64,000 bases of DNA from Octopus sinensis (lineage: Eukaryota): assembly GCF_006345805.1 (NCBI RefSeq), contig NC_042999.1:77252001-77316000 (forward strand). The letters are read 5' to 3'. Shown in pieces: positions 1 through 13,548 of this stretch (positions are counted from its first letter, which is position 1; each line of letters opens with the position of its first letter). The notes under the pieces are model-generated. The model saw nothing but the letters and a program-made list of their open reading frames with translations. It ran no database searches and was not told where the DNA came from. The position numbers and the translations under genes are program-made.

Positions 1-1234
1 TTCGACAAAAGAAATCAATAGAATAAGAACAAGCGTACTAGGGTTGGTTCAGTAAAATCCTTCAAAGTGGTACCCCAACATTGCTGCAGTCAAATGACTG
101 GAACAAGTAAAAGATAAATCTTAGAGTAATAAGATGCCAAGTTAACAAATAAGGTTTGAACCAAAAAAGCATATGTGCTGTTACCACTGTGCTAACCTGT
201 CCCAATCCACTTGAATCTAACTGTGGAAAATAGATGTTTTCATTCTGTCTGCACTCTTCAGCTAAGGCTTTCAATTAGATAACCAGATTTATTTACATTA
301 TGCATATTTTAAGTATTCTGATCTATGCCGTGTTCTGCATAAATATGCACCAGATGAAAAACTGTTTGAGAGAGTAAAATAGGATTGAATAATGTAGTTA
401 TATGCTGAAATCATTTTGTAGAAGTGAAATTTAGGTCATGAATTCCTATCTAGTTGCTTCAGCTTACAAGCTATAGAAAACAACCATAATGAATGACTCA
501 CAAGATACTTTGTCTTTAAAATAATAAATAATGTTCCAGAAAATCAGCTTATATCTCATAAAGTCAGTGTTTGAGTTACTGGCAAGTGATGGCTCAAGAA
601 AACACTGGCCAAAACTGAAGTGTGTTGCTTGAAGCCATTGAATATAGTAATTTCTTTGGATATACTGGCTGCAAAAAACTGATCTCCTATCAAAGAATTG
701 TTTTCATTCACTAGGTTTTTTTTTTTATATTTGTCCTTTGCAGTTCTACCGATTTTCCTAATTTTGATATTTTTTTTTTTGCCATACAAGACCCCAAACA
801 AAGGAGTTTCTGCATTAGCAATCTCCAGTCTTTTCTCATTGTGACCCATCAGTTATCTTCCATGACTGTTTTTAAATATTTATTTAAATATAATTCTCCA
901 GAAATACCATGACAGCAATCCAAGTAAAACCAGTAAAAAAAAAAAGTGTAGTGTGCATTTGGTTCTTTTCTTGGGGAAATATTCCTCAGTTTTTGTCATA
1001 AATGTGGGTTATTCATGAACATTTTATATTTTGTCACATATTTCAAAAGATGAGGTTTTGTCTTCATAACTAATAGGTTGGAAATTGCTGCTCTACATAT
1101 TCACTTGACATGCTAGAAATAACAACCAAATCTCCCTCAAAAGTGCATTGTAACCATCTTAAAGAAAGAACATGGATAATGTAGTACTACATATTCATAA
1201 AAACATTGGATGTACACAATTGAAATTCTTTTAA

Positions 1235-1455
1235 CCCTTTAGTATTTGAACTGACCCATATCCAACCCAAATATTCTACATGCTTTATGTTAAAACCAGC
1301 CAGATCAAACCTCTCACACCTGCCCTACAATGTCATTCTAAAAATAAACAATCACATCATTGAAATTTCAAAACCACAAGATAATGCATGGTTAATACAA
1401 AACAATGTGAAGAAATAAGCATTATATTTGACAGGGTAATCTGAATGTTAAAGGG
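1235..1455. mobile_element. Non-autonomous piggyBac-type MITE, copy 1
   Basis: Flanked by TTAA on both sides (1231-1234, 1456-1459). Ends are CCCTTTAGTATTTGA and CTGAATGTTAAAGGG (imperfect TIRs). A reverse-complement copy lies at 44472-44681. Confidence 0.75.
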
Positions 1456-1548
1456 TTAATTAGGGCTATAGAACACAGCTCAGTTAGAGCTATCTTGAGG
1501 TTAAACAACTACAACCAGTCTTCAAGGAAGAGTTGTGATAAAAAAAAT

Positions 1549-1693
1549 CAACCCCAATGAATTATTGGCATTTATTTAATCATCTTCATAGGAATGAAAG
1601 GCAAAGTTGGTTATGTTGACTTTGTGAGTTAAGATTAAACACTGTGAAGTATTTAGTCATAAACTGTGCCACTTCTGCCAACTTGCTGCCCTC
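1549..1693 (-). mobile_element. Degenerate tRNA-derived SINE (family A)
   Basis: Contains GAATGAAAGGCAAAGTT and a head similar to the young copies at 4861-5051 and 35816-36004. Another old copy is at about 1995-2165. Confidence 0.6.
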
Positions 1694-4617
1694 ATTCTTG
1701 CTAATATTGACTAGTAGCTACTTGACTAATAGGATTTACTGCACTTCTTAGATATATTTCAGTCTGTTCATCACATTAATTCATGCATCAGTTATCTATT
1801 GCAGCTCATTGTGTTTTTAATTATTGCATCAATCAATTAGAAGGTGAGGGACAAAAATTAGAAAGCTATATCTATTGAAAGTAGGATCAACAAGAAATAA
1901 TTAAGAGACTGTCATTTTTAAATTACTTCTTTGATACTTTTGCACTTGAATGAACTATATTTTATTATCGCAATATTATAACTTTCTAATTTAGACACAA
2001 AGCCAACAGTTTTGGCAGGAAAAGGGTTAGTCAATATAATCAACTCCATTACTCGACTGTGTTTTATTTTATTAATCCCCAAATAATGAAAGGCAAAGTT
2101 GACCTTGCTAAGATTTGAGCTCAAGATGTAAAGAGCCCAAAGAAATAATGAAAGGCATTTTTTTAGGGTGTTCTTTCTCCCTTATATTTTACCATTACAA
2201 CTGATTATTCTCTGTGAAAAGAAAAGTATGTATGTATACATGTATGCACAGACACACACACACACGCCCACACAGACACACACACACACACATGCATGCA
2301 TGCACTACTCCCCACCTTGCAGGTTACTTCGTGACCTTGCTGGTGTTGGTACCATGTAAAAAGCATTCAGCATACTCTGTAAAGTGATTGGCATCTGGAA
2401 GGACATCCAACCACAGAAACAATGTCAAAGCTTGCTGTAGATCTTGGTGTAGTCCAGCTCACCAGTTCCTGTCAAACCATCCAATAGATACATATATCAA
2501 AACAGGAATGTTGAAATACAAAAAAATGTCCACTTACCTGTTTTGTTATACAATAACTCTGCAAATAATATTTCCATAATTCCCAATTTTAATATGTATT
2601 TTGACTAACATTCAGCAGCAACTGTGGATACAAATTGATTGTAATAATGGAAATGCCAAGAGGGAAAAGTTGGGTAAATCCCAACTTAGTGAACTGTCTT
2701 CTCCTGTCACTTTGGGATGATTAATATTTTGTGAATGAAATTTGAGAGACAAAATTCGTGCAGCAGCCTATAGTGTGTGTGCATGCACACGCACTTTACT
2801 TGTATCAAATTGCATCTCTTAGTCAAATCTGTAACTTAATTTAATAGAAATCGATAAAATAAGTACCAATCTGAATTGAGTGAAGGGGTTAGGAGGGTTG
2901 ATTTAAATTCTTTTCAACTGAATGACAAGCTAATAAGAAGAAAAGAAATTTCTATTTATAGTTCTTTTAGTGAAATAATCTGTAATACAATTGAACTGTT
3001 GAGGAACTATTGGTGGTTTCCTTTGTTATGTAGTGATGTGAAAATATACTGGGGTTGCTTCCCCTTACATTTATTTGTTAAAATTTGTGTTAATTTTACA
3101 AGCTAATGAGATGTTTCTTTATTATAATAATGCTCTAAAGTGGTGCAATGATAAAGTTGATAGCATACCAAACTGTGTGACTGAGTGACCTTTGATATTT
3201 AATTTTTTTTCTTTTCATTCTGAGTTTCAATTTTGCTGCATCTATTTAGTTTTCATCATCTGTATTTGTTGTTGCTCAAATCCCCTTATATTCTGAGTTC
3301 CAACCCTTCTGATGTTGACTGGCTTTTATTGAAGTCAGCAAAACAAATAATGAGTACTATAGTTGAATAAACCAATTGTACCATCATATCCCAAATTGGA
3401 AGCCTTCTGCCAAATTTAGAAATCATTACTTACATTCTGTATTAAATTCTTACCAAGGGCAACTTTGCCTTTCATTCTTTCAAGATTGTATTGGGGTTGA
3501 TGTGTTCATAATTGAAGTTCAAATCCCTTTGGAATAATAAAGTACTAATAATATTTTGGAATGAAATTTATCAGCTGTGTCCCTCTTCTATGAAAAAATG
3601 GCTTTGTACTCATCAAAAGAATTCAGTAATAATGATTTGTTACACAGTAATAAAGGCTCAGATTTTTAGGTGAGGAGAAGTGAGGTAACCATACTGTTTT
3701 GTACCTTTCCTAATATCATTAGTGACCTATGAGAAGTGATTCACTCTGAACTGAAACTGGATTAGTTGACCAAAATCTTACTGCACCACAAATCAATCTT
3801 GTTTTCTGTGTGACATGATTCTTTCATCAGTTATTAGAAGGAAAGTTATTTCTTAGGAACTTGTAGAATTCTTTTACATGACAGGTAAACTGTTAATGAT
3901 ATTTATATGCCAAATATGAACAATAAAGAAAATCATTACATATGAAGTAAAAAGTGGAAGGAAAACTGAGAATAGTCACTTAGGAAGGATCAAGGAAGTT
4001 AGACACCCTAAATGACCTCAACTCTAGACAACAGTGTTATTGAACTGCAGGAAAAACTGAAGACTTATTCATCGGTGCCTACTTTTCATAAAATTCTCTG
4101 AAATAGAAAGTGATAAATATGTTGATGAAAAAAACAGAAAAAACCCCCCTGACTGGCCTTTATCTCTTCAGCCTTGTTCACTTATTTTTTCTAAATCTCA
4201 TAGAAATAACACCCAAAATTCTTCAAATCAAACTTAAAGCCTTACAAAAAAAGTGAAAAAAAAGAAAATGGATGGTTGTAGCTGGAAAGCTTTTCATCTT
4301 AGATTTGTCTTATCAGGGCTGACAACTACTTTTACTTCACAGTCTTAATTTCAGTTGATTAAAAGTTGCTTTTGGTTCACTACATTATGTAACTATTGTA
4401 TTTTTCATGCAGAAGGTAACCCGTAATTGTGTTTATGAAATTCTGCTTGACTTTTCTTGGTAGCAGGACAGACCTCACAGTGATCTACATCGACAGTCAA
4501 AACTAGCTCTCATAATGGCTAAATGTTATCAATTGCATAGAAGATGGATTCATGCCTTCTTTGCACTTCTATAACCACCCAAGTAGTTATATTTCATACC
4601 TATCCAACTTAATTTCT

Positions 4618-5589
4618 ATTGTTAGTTGCTCAAAAAAGTAGCCCTAGTTCTATAGCATAGTGTAAATACAGAAGTAAATTTACACACAGGAGAAAGCACT
4701 CAGATTTTTGTTTCCAGGTGTCATTGCATTATTTTAAAAGCTTGTAACTGCTGGACCAAGATGGCATACTAGTCAACTGTTTCCTACATTATCCTCTCCA
4801 AATCCTCACCACATTAGTTGATTGTAAGATTGCATTGAGTGAACGTCTCTAGCCTTTTCTTATTTCTTTATTGCCCACAAGGGGCTAAACATAGAGGAGA
4901 CAAACAAGGACAGATAAAGGGACTAAGTTGATTACATCGACCCCAGTGCATAATTGGTACTTAATTTATTGACCCCGAAAGAATGAAAGGCAAAGTCGAA
5001 ATACCGCTAAGCATTTCGCCCGGCATGCTAACGTTTCTGCCAACTCGCCACCTCTAGCCTTTTCTGCAAGATGACTTGTTCAATAGCAGAAAAAGTAGAA
5101 ATTGAGGAAGCATATGTGAGAACAAGTTCTGCTAAGCAAACGTGTGAAATTTTTGAAGTCAGGTTTCCAGGCAAAGACTTACTGACAAAAAGAATGATAC
5201 AAATGTTGGTTGAGAAGTGGTGTACTATGGGGTCAGTGCACAGTTCTCCAAGACAAACAGACCCTACAGTTCAAATGCCAGAAGTTATTCAGTACAAGGA
5301 TTACTCAAAGACCAAAGAAGTCAACACAAAAATTGGCACAGTAGTCTCACATAAGCAGGAGGTTATGCCAATGAGTGTTGAGAAGTCTAATGTTGAAGCC
5401 ATGTGTACAGCAATTAAAAGTGGATGACAAGAGCTAATGAGTAAATTACTGCACGTGGCTTCTGAATAGCAGTTACGAGCAGTCAAAATTAGATGATGAC
5501 ACTTGCAAATGAAAGACCATGTTTGTAAATTTATTTCTGTATTGACACTATGCTATCAAACCCGAGTTACTTTTTCATGGGCCACCCTG
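4618..5589 (+). mobile_element. Internally deleted Tc1/mariner-superfamily transposon, interrupted by a SINE
   Basis: Right end is ...CATGGGCCACCCTG followed by TA. About 75 bp at 4618-4690 matches the reverse complement of the right end (ATAGCATAGTGTAAATACAGAAGTAAATT). ORF 5071-5427 (MTCSIAEKVEIEEAY...RFPGK...LVEKW..MGSV) resembles the N-terminal HTH of mariner-like transposases. No DDD/E domain is present. Left boundary is approximate. Confidence 0.7.
4861..5051 (-). mobile_element. Young tRNA-derived SINE (family A) with B-box region deleted
   Basis: Exact 14-bp TSD CTCTAGCCTTTTCT at 4847-4860 and 5052-5065. CpGs are retained. The body matches 35816-36004. Confidence 0.9.
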
Positions 5590-5599
5590 TATAATCAGT

Positions 5600-5880
5600 A
5601 ACACATGCCACGGCACAGGTGCCAGCATCGCCTTACTGGCACCTGTGCCGGTGGCATGTGTAAAAGGATTCGAGCAAGGTCGTTGCCAGTACCGCCTGAT
5701 TGGCCCCCGTGCCGGTGGCACGTAAAAGCACCCACTACACTCTCGGAGTGGTTGGCGTTAGAAACTCTGCCAGATCAAGATTGGAACCTGGTGCAGCCAT
5801 CTGGTTTGCCAGACCTCAGTCAAATCGGCCAACCCATGCTAGCATGGAAAGCGGACGTTAAACGATGATGATGATGATGA
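5600..5880 (+). mobile_element. RTE-LINE 3'-tail / SINE-like repeat (family B) ending in (GAT)n
   Basis: Ends CCATGCTAGCATGGAAAGCGGACGTTAAACGATGATGATG. The same tail follows RTE coding sequence at 10640-11094. Other copies lie at about 2320-2520, 19945-20235, 21595-21760, 26790-27020, 28770-28880, 52805-52960 and 62315-62480. Confidence 0.85.
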
Positions 5881-6299
5881 CTTTCTGTATTGGCACAGAT
5901 TAGTAGTCGTATTTGATGAAAGATAAAAGTTTATCTCTGTGGATGGTTTGAAGTCAGAAAATATCTCACAGTGGGTGCAGTTATTAGTTGTAAATAATTT
6001 GAAGTCAGGATACGAAGAGACGAAACTAAAATAGTGTATAATAATTGAGTGTGGCATTAACAATTCACTGTCTCACAATATAATAATAATAATAATAATA
6101 ATAAGGTACAGATTTTTTTATAGTGAAGCAACCTCATATCTTAGACATAACTCTACATTTTATACCCCACCTCATCCTACTTCCAACTTCGTTTACTTAT
6201 AACTTTCTTAACAATCCTCTTTTTAAAGGAAATTTTGCAGATACGTTTTCCAGGATGTAGATCACAATAATGTTAGTGAATATTTTTAATCAATTCATT

Positions 6300-8200
6300 T
6301 TGGGATTCTGAAAGGAAAAGAAATCTATACCCTTTTAACTTATTCAATAACTTGCACGTCGTTGTTGCACAGCATAAAGAATACCCGTATTATCTTGATC
6401 GATATTAGTCATTGAAAAAAAATTCCCGAGTTTTCCTATACAGATGGAAAGTAATCAGAGCATTAAGGAACTAGTCAACTACAATACAGGTCAAATATAT
6501 TCTGGACGATACTCTATCATCTTATCTCAGTGATATCATGATGTATGCGCCATGAACAAGTTAAAAAAGGTACGAACATCTTTTCTTTCTGACCCACCAT
6601 CACTACTACTCAAAAGAAAATTAAATTGAAAAAAGTTTTCTTTTCACCAGCTTCCACGAAAAAGATATCTGCAAAAATTCTTTAAAATATACGCATTAGT
6701 AAGAAAGTTGAGGAAACAGTTGGTGGGAAGCACTAAACTGTAATTATGCTTAGTACTTATTTCATCAAGCGCGGAAGTTTGACTGGGTGGGTTGCGAAAC
6801 CCAAAGATGTTGATAAATAACAATTATTATTGTTTTCCGCACAAGCATGCGGTGTGATATATATATATTGAAAGGAGATAAAATGATAAGTTCTGTGAAG
6901 TGATCGAAACCAAATGATGGATTGTTTAGTCTTCTGCTTACTCTATGAACATACTGAAGTGTTTTGATGGAGAAACGGCTTGTTTTGATGGTCGTTGGCA
7001 GATGTGTCAGTGACTGGTAAGACAGACAGACATACAAACAGCTAGGCGGACATGCAGGTTGGTTGGCGAGCTGGCTGGCTGGCTGGCTGCTCCTGCTCGT
7101 TCTGCAATTTCTAGTGACTTAGGCCAGTTAACTGTTTATACATTTTAATATCTTTTACGTTTTTTTTTGTCTTCACATTTTCTTTAATTTGGGAGAGGTC
7201 TCCTCGGCAATCATGATGGCGGAATCTATTGGGTTATCCAGCTATGCAATAGAATTTGACACAGATATTGACGGTTTTTATCAATTTTTTTCATTTTGCA
7301 TTTTTTAAAAATAATTTCCTTTTAAACTTTACTTTCTTTTTCTTGCATGATCACCATTCCGATCACCCTTCGACTACATCATCGCTACACTTATTAACTT
7401 CGACGTGTTTTTATTATGTTCTTCGTGATAAAAATGGAGTTAACGACCCGGTTTCGATTTCCCAACTGGAGCCGCTTTATTTATGTTGCTAATGCTCGAA
7501 AGAAAGACATGGGCTTCATAAATTTATATTTCTTCATATCTTGTAACTCTGAAGACTTGTGAAAAAAAAAATCTACTGTCCCTGGAGAATGCACTAATTT
7601 ACTTGTCTAGGCATCATAATGATCTAAATACTACTACTTTCGTGATTATTTGTGTTCAAGTTATGAATCATACCTTTTTTACACTTATATAATGAAAGTA
7701 ATTTATTTTATTGTAAATTGTACTGCTACACAATTAACAGAAGTATAGTGGTTGCTATATACACACGAATGTATTGATATGCATATATATATGTATATAT
7801 ATAATGTATGTGTGTAATTATGTTTATAATTATGTATATGTGTATTTGCTTTGCACCTTAGAGATTATACTATACTGCTATGAAGTTGTTTATTCTTATG
7901 CTTCCGGCAAATATCAGCTGATTTCGATTTTCAATGTCTCGCATCTAGTAAAATATCTCCGTAAGATTTTTTTATTCAGTTTGGGAATACCGAAGCCATT
8001 TCTCTCCCTTCCGGTAGTGCACCTCTTAAGCACATGTTCGTTTATGTACTACACCCCTCTCACTACATTTATGTTTACATACACGTCTCGATTCAGCAAC
8101 ATTAGCAAGCCTCTGTAATCGTGATGAGTTTGTTTGTAATGAATGTTTCGTTCATTAAGCTAAAGCTTTTGTGTGTGTGTGTTATTGATTTTTCTCTTTC
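6300..8200. promoter_or_regulatory. Putative promoter / first-exon region
   Basis: Non-repeat DNA with visibly more CpG than the rest of the window. ETS-type motifs: GCGGAAGT at 6771-6778, CTTCCGG at 7901-7907 and 8008-8014. YY1-like ATGGCGG at 7216-7222. Good donor CTG|GTAAGA at 7016/7017. Confidence 0.55.
6967..7016 (+). CDS. Candidate first coding exon (MEKRLVLMVVGRCVSD, phase 2); could be 5' UTR
   Basis: ATG at 6967 is open to the GTAAGA donor at 7017 and phase-compatible with 8356. No homology recognised. Confidence 0.2.
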
Positions 8201-8355
8201 CTTTTTGGTATTATATTAAACCTATGTTTATGGTTTTATACCTATTACATCCCGATTGAGATTTACATATTTTACAAGTATTATTGGTTAGAAATCTATT
8301 AATATGCATGAAACAAATATAATATTTATGTGATGTAGACACCAGTATCTTTCAG

Positions 8356-8383
8356 TGAAAATGATGTACTCTTTCTTGTTGCA
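8356..8383 (+). CDS. Candidate small exon (ENDVLFLVA)
   Basis: Acceptor tatctttcag (alternative at 8338), donor GTAAGC at 8384. Ends in phase 0, compatible with 13313. Confidence 0.3.
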
Positions 8384-8580
8384 GTAAGCCGAGAGAAATA
8401 CTAAATCAATCTTTCTCTTTCATTGCACTCTCCAAACAGCCTTGCATCATCGTGGAATGCGGATGATGTGTACGTTGCATGTTCGTTTGTGCATAATACT
8501 CGGACATTTTTTTTTTTTTCATTGGGATAACCCATTGATAAATTTAGATTTTGTAAATTAACTGCTACTGCACAACTGGC

Positions 8581-8590
8581 TATATATATA

Positions 8591-8657
<67 letters not shown>
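8581..8657. repeat. Interrupted (TA)n microsatellite
   Basis: Read directly. Another (TA)n lies at about 21558-21588. Confidence 0.95.
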
Positions 8658-8661
<4 letters not shown>

Positions 8662-10447
8662 ATTACAAATATACAAAAATATAGGCTATGTTGAAGAAAA
8701 AGCAGGCTATCAAAGATGCCAGAAACGTCATGTCTGTCCCAACAAAAACTTAAAAAGTTACTGATTAGTTAAAACTTTATAACTCAGTGTAAACTCAGGT
8801 CCACTAATAACATAATATTATGTTCCTTTGTGAATCCTCCTCGAAGTTATCAGTACATTATAAACATATAGCGTGTGGCCAATAATTTTAATGGCTTATA
8901 AGCAGTAAATATTGTCACTTCCTTTACATTAGGGCTGAGAAATTGTCACATTATGATTTCCTTGCGATTGAAAGAAATGCTAACCAATTCATAGAATATA
9001 AAGAACAAATAATGAACCGACTGTTTCATTACCAGTTGATTTTAGGACCACTCCTTTAATTAGATACTATTCAAATTTCATTTTCTGTGATAATTAAAAA
9101 TAGTAATGTTTGAATATGTACATTGGGCAGGTGTGTGTTCTACTCGAGCCTCAGGTGACCATTACTTTGTGAGTAGAATTTGGTAGAAATTTCACACATA
9201 TACATAATGTGAGTGTATCTGTGTCTGTTTTTATGTTGTATCCCACTATGTTCTCTAACTTTAAAGTTTTGTAAATAGAAATCTATAAAATAAGTACTTG
9301 ACTGAAACAGTTCTGACGTTGATATGATCACCTAAACACCATGAATATGGTGCCCCAGCACAAGTCCAGTGGTTGAAACCAGTAAAAGGATATGTATACA
9401 TGTTCACATACATTGCAATATTTATAATATCTGAGTCAAGATCATTGTCATTTGCTTTATTGATTCAGCACAGCATATACATGAACTCAAATCAATCACA
9501 CTTATTGACGAAAGCATTATCATCTAGCAATAAAATAAAATGAAAACCTTACAAAGCATAACATCAATCCACAAGTTAATGAGGGTGCCTCAGTGCAGTC
9601 AGTCAACCTGCTAGAAATAACTACCAGATATCCTTCAAAACAACTATACTGTTTTATGAAAGTAAGGATAGATTAGATTATGTAGTAGTCATAGTTACTA
9701 CACAAAGCCTGACTAACAGAAAAGATGGCATGGTTACCATTGGAACATGTTTTGATTGTGAGTTTGCTTGATCAGAGCTGACCTGTCATTAAATATCAAT
9801 GATGAACAGGTCATCCAACCCATGCAAACACAGGGCTAGGGTGAATAACAATTCTGGATATTTGATGGCTAATTAAAATTATAATACCACACTTCTTTGC
9901 TGCAGATCATTCCCATTGAAAAAGAATTCTTGCTTAAGAGAATTTCACCAGTTAAATCATACTTTATGTAATCTTAATTTTATTCTATTTCATTGTGTCA
10001 TGCTGATGCACAATGAGCTTAGACTTGTGACACTGTGTCCAGATGAGCCTGCATGTCAGTAGTGTCTAAAATGATGTAGGTGTATACTTGTCTTCAGAGG
10101 AGAAAAAGTATTTATAGACAAGTTTTACTAAATATTATACTGGCTAACCAATCTGATTGTGTGTGAGAGAGAGATAGAGAGATCCAAGTTTCAATGGTTT
10201 AGTCCTCATTTGTCATCAGCTCAAGAAAGACAAATATACTACTTGGTGACAAATAAACTGAACCTTTCCATTTTAACCTCAGATAAACTGATTGAGTAGA
10301 TCTATCATTAACTACCTTCCCACTATAGCCATCATATCTTTTTAGAAGTATATTGGGCTACATTATCCAGTGTACCCCCCCCCCCCCTAAGATAGTACGA
10401 TGTGATTTAAAGGTGATTTGACTACTATTTCTATCAGGTTTAACAAC

Positions 10448-11094
10448 CATGTGATGTGTATGGACGAGGACAGCTGTGCAAAGAGTGCCAATCTCTAACT
10501 ATGGAGGGAACCTGTGATAGAGGTAGATTCAAAAAGACGTAAGAGGAGGTGTTGAAGCATGATCTTCAAACTTTGGGCCTCACAGAGGCAATGACTAGTG
10601 ACCAAGATCTTTGGCGATATGCTGTGCTTGAGAAGACCCATTAAGCCAAGTGAAATCGTAGTTGTGGCTGATGCTGGTGTTACATAACTGGTACCCGTGC
10701 TAGTGGCACATAAAGAGCATCTTTCAAGCTTTAAGCCTCACAGAAGCAAAGTGGCTGATGCTGGTGGCACATGAAAAGTTCCTTTCGAATGTTGGGTCTC
10801 ATGGAGGCAATGACCTAGACCTTTGGCATTATGTTGTCCTTGAGAAGAAGACCCATCAAGTCAAGTAAAATTGCAGTTGTGACAGATACCATGTCATGTA
10901 AATGACACCCATGCCAGTGGCACGTAAAAGCACCCATTACACTCTCGGGATGGTTGGCATTAGGAAGGGCATCCAGCCATAGAAGCCATTTCAAATGAGA
11001 CTGGAGTCTGGTGCAGCCTTCCGGCTTGCCAACCCCGGTCAAACCATCTGACCCATGTCAGCATGGACAACAGATGCTAAATGATGATGATGAT
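10448..11094 (+). mobile_element. 5'-truncated RTE-clade LINE 3' end
   Basis: Decayed frame MDEDSCAK...EGTCDRGR.KKT*EEVLKHDLQTLGLTEAMTSDQDLWRYAVLEK is the typical RTE C-terminus. It is followed by the family-B tail and (GAT)n. Confidence 0.85.
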
Positions 11095-11724
11095 AGATTA
11101 AATAGTAAGTTATTTGTTAGAGTTCACTAAAGCTCAGTATATATCTCCAAACCCACATTTTTTAACTCCATTGTTAAAGCAGTTCATTACAGATGTACAT
11201 AGAAGTGAGTTACAAAATAGAAATAGTGGGTGCACAAATGATGCAGTATACTTGTACACTGATTTGGAACTAAAATATAAGTTATATAATAAATAGTGCA
11301 ATCATCTGAAGATTGAAAATCTTGAATTTGACGAATTTATTTACTTCAAGAAGTAATTAAGTAACCAAAAAAATGCTATTAGCACTGCAATTTGTGGAGA
11401 AAATAGCATAATTTCTAGAATCTAAAATGACTGGAATGAGATTCAGGAACTGCTGGTTGTTGACGAGTGTGTGTGATACTGTGTGCCAGTGAAACTTGAC
11501 CTGTTAAGTCAAAATACATGCAGGAGTGAAGAGAAATGAGTTACATCAATGTGCAATGCAAACTTGATATCAATTTAGCACGGGTTTTGAGGGAGTGCCT
11601 ACATACCCCAAGTATTAACCAATGCTATTAAAAGTAGTGATGAAAATGATATGGAAATGCACACACACACACACACACACACACCACACACACACACACA
11701 CAGAGCTCTTCTAGAACTTAGTTT

Positions 11725-13265
11725 GACTGAGTTGGACAGGTCTTCTCAAGAACTATCTATCATCAGCCATCCAAACTCTTTGCTATCTCCTCCATGAGGT
11801 TCAAGATCCTGAGATTAGCCTTCACCAATTTGCCTCATGTCTTCTAGGGTCTCTCTCTCTCTCTCTCTCTTCTACAAACTCCATCCACATTGAAATCAAT
11901 ACTTCTTTATATAGCTATCATCAGCTATATGAATCACATGTCCATACCAGCGCAGTCTTTTTCTGGCATACTACATTTGATACTTATTATGCCCAGTTTT
12001 TCTTTTGGCACATTCATACTATATCGTTCATGCACACTTACATTGTACATCCAATGGAATATACTCACCTCATTTCTTTCCAATCTTCTCAAGTCCTCTG
12101 CATTCAAGGCGTATGTCACACTACAATGCAGCATCACAGTTTGAACATAAGTGTTTTACAATCTGTTCTTCACTCTGAGGGAAAAGACCTTTATTACCAG
12201 CTGTGGTAAAAGCTCCCTGAACTTATTTCATCCTGTTCTTAGCCTTGCTACAGTACTTTTGGAGCAACCATCTCCCCTGTTAATTATGTCTCCTGGGTAA
12301 CCAAAGTTATTGATTTCTTTTCACATGTCATTCAGGTATTCAAGTGAATTTATTTCCAGTGTGCTCATAGTATGTACTGCTCCAGAGGATGACACATAAT
12401 AAGTTTGCTTTCTCTGTTAGCCTGTAATTCTACTACACCTCTCATGTATCCTTAGCTTACATTGGGTACAGCTTTTGGAGTTTATACCTACTTCTTTCCT
12501 GCTTATCAAGCAAGACCATTTCACATAAGATACCAAGGTCCTGTAGTCTTTCCTACTTAGTCTTTACTAAGTTTATTTGGAAGCCTCTTGAGTCAAGGTT
12601 TGTCTTCCATGCCTAGAATTTCCTCTCTTTTTCCACTATAAATTTATCATCAATATATTCCACTATAATAAAATCACTATAAATAAATCATCAACATATA
12701 GGAGCTCTTGTGGCCAATCTCACTCTGTGATGGCCTGCCAGACTATGATGAATAGGGGAGGACTGAACTTTGGTGAACTACCTTCTCAGTAAATTCGTCA
12801 CTGAAATTGTTGCTGATTCTCACTTTAGTTACTGCATCTTTGTATAGTTTTCACAGCCCCCATAATTTATTTGTCTATACCTAGCTTCCTTAGTGACCAC
12901 CAAATTACCGCATGTGGTCTCCTGTCAAATGCCTTCTCCAAAGCAATGAAAGCCAGAAATAGTGGTTTATTCTTAACCAAATATTTCTCCTGCAGCTGCC
13001 TCACTAGGAAGATCACATCTGTGGTACCTCTTTTGGGCATGAAGCCAAACTACATCTCATCTAGGTCTACTCTGTCACAGACTATGACTCTCTGTGACCT
13101 TCATAATCTGATCCATTTGTTTGATTCCTTTGAGTATGCCTTCATTCCAAATACACTGCTTGCCAATGGCACTGTGGTGCTCCCTTACACATTGTTTCAC
13201 AATTCTGAACACTTCATGCTTCCGATACTCAGATTGTTGGACATGTGCAAATCTCTTCCTTCATG
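11725..13265 (-). mobile_element. Decayed RTE-clade LINE (RT region)
   Basis: Minus-strand motifs FLAFIALEKAFD, ELLYVDD (about 12690-12710) and EDLRRLERNEVSIFHWMYNVSV. Many stops and frameshifts. Confidence 0.9.
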
Positions 13266-13312
13266 TGCAGTTAATTTTTTTTTCCTTTTTTTTTCTGTAA
13301 ATCTCTACATAG

Positions 13313-13548
13313 CACACCATATGTGGCTTATATTTGGCTAAATTGATAAAATTTCAACCAAAGTTTGCATTCCATACTTGTGTGTTTGCAGCCAGTGCAA
13401 TTACTTCTCAAAATGACTTTATCAAACCTTTTGTGAATAAGTACCGAGTTTGGTATCAACCTACAGACTGTAAACAGCAAGAGCTCTGTATAGCTAACAA
13501 GTATTTCTTTATCTTACTGTGTGAAATTTTTGAGTGTTGGTTGGAGAG
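13313..13548 (+). CDS. Candidate internal coding exon of an unidentified host gene (HTICGLYLAKLIKFQPKFAFH...FFILLCEIFECWLE)
   Basis: Long T-rich tract plus acatag acceptor, 78 open codons, and donor AG|GTATGA at 13549. ORFs of this length also occur by chance in 64 kb. No family recognised. Confidence 0.4.

Noticed and set aside
4413-4415. Possible 3-nt microexon (catgcag|AAG|gtaacc)
   Set aside because: No supporting gene context, and such a short match is expected by chance.
8339-13400. Resemblance of SENDVLFLVA|HTICG to C9orf72 (SDGEITFLANHTLNG)
   Set aside because: Only a short motif match across a hypothetical junction; downstream spacing and residues do not fit, so no gene symbol is assigned.
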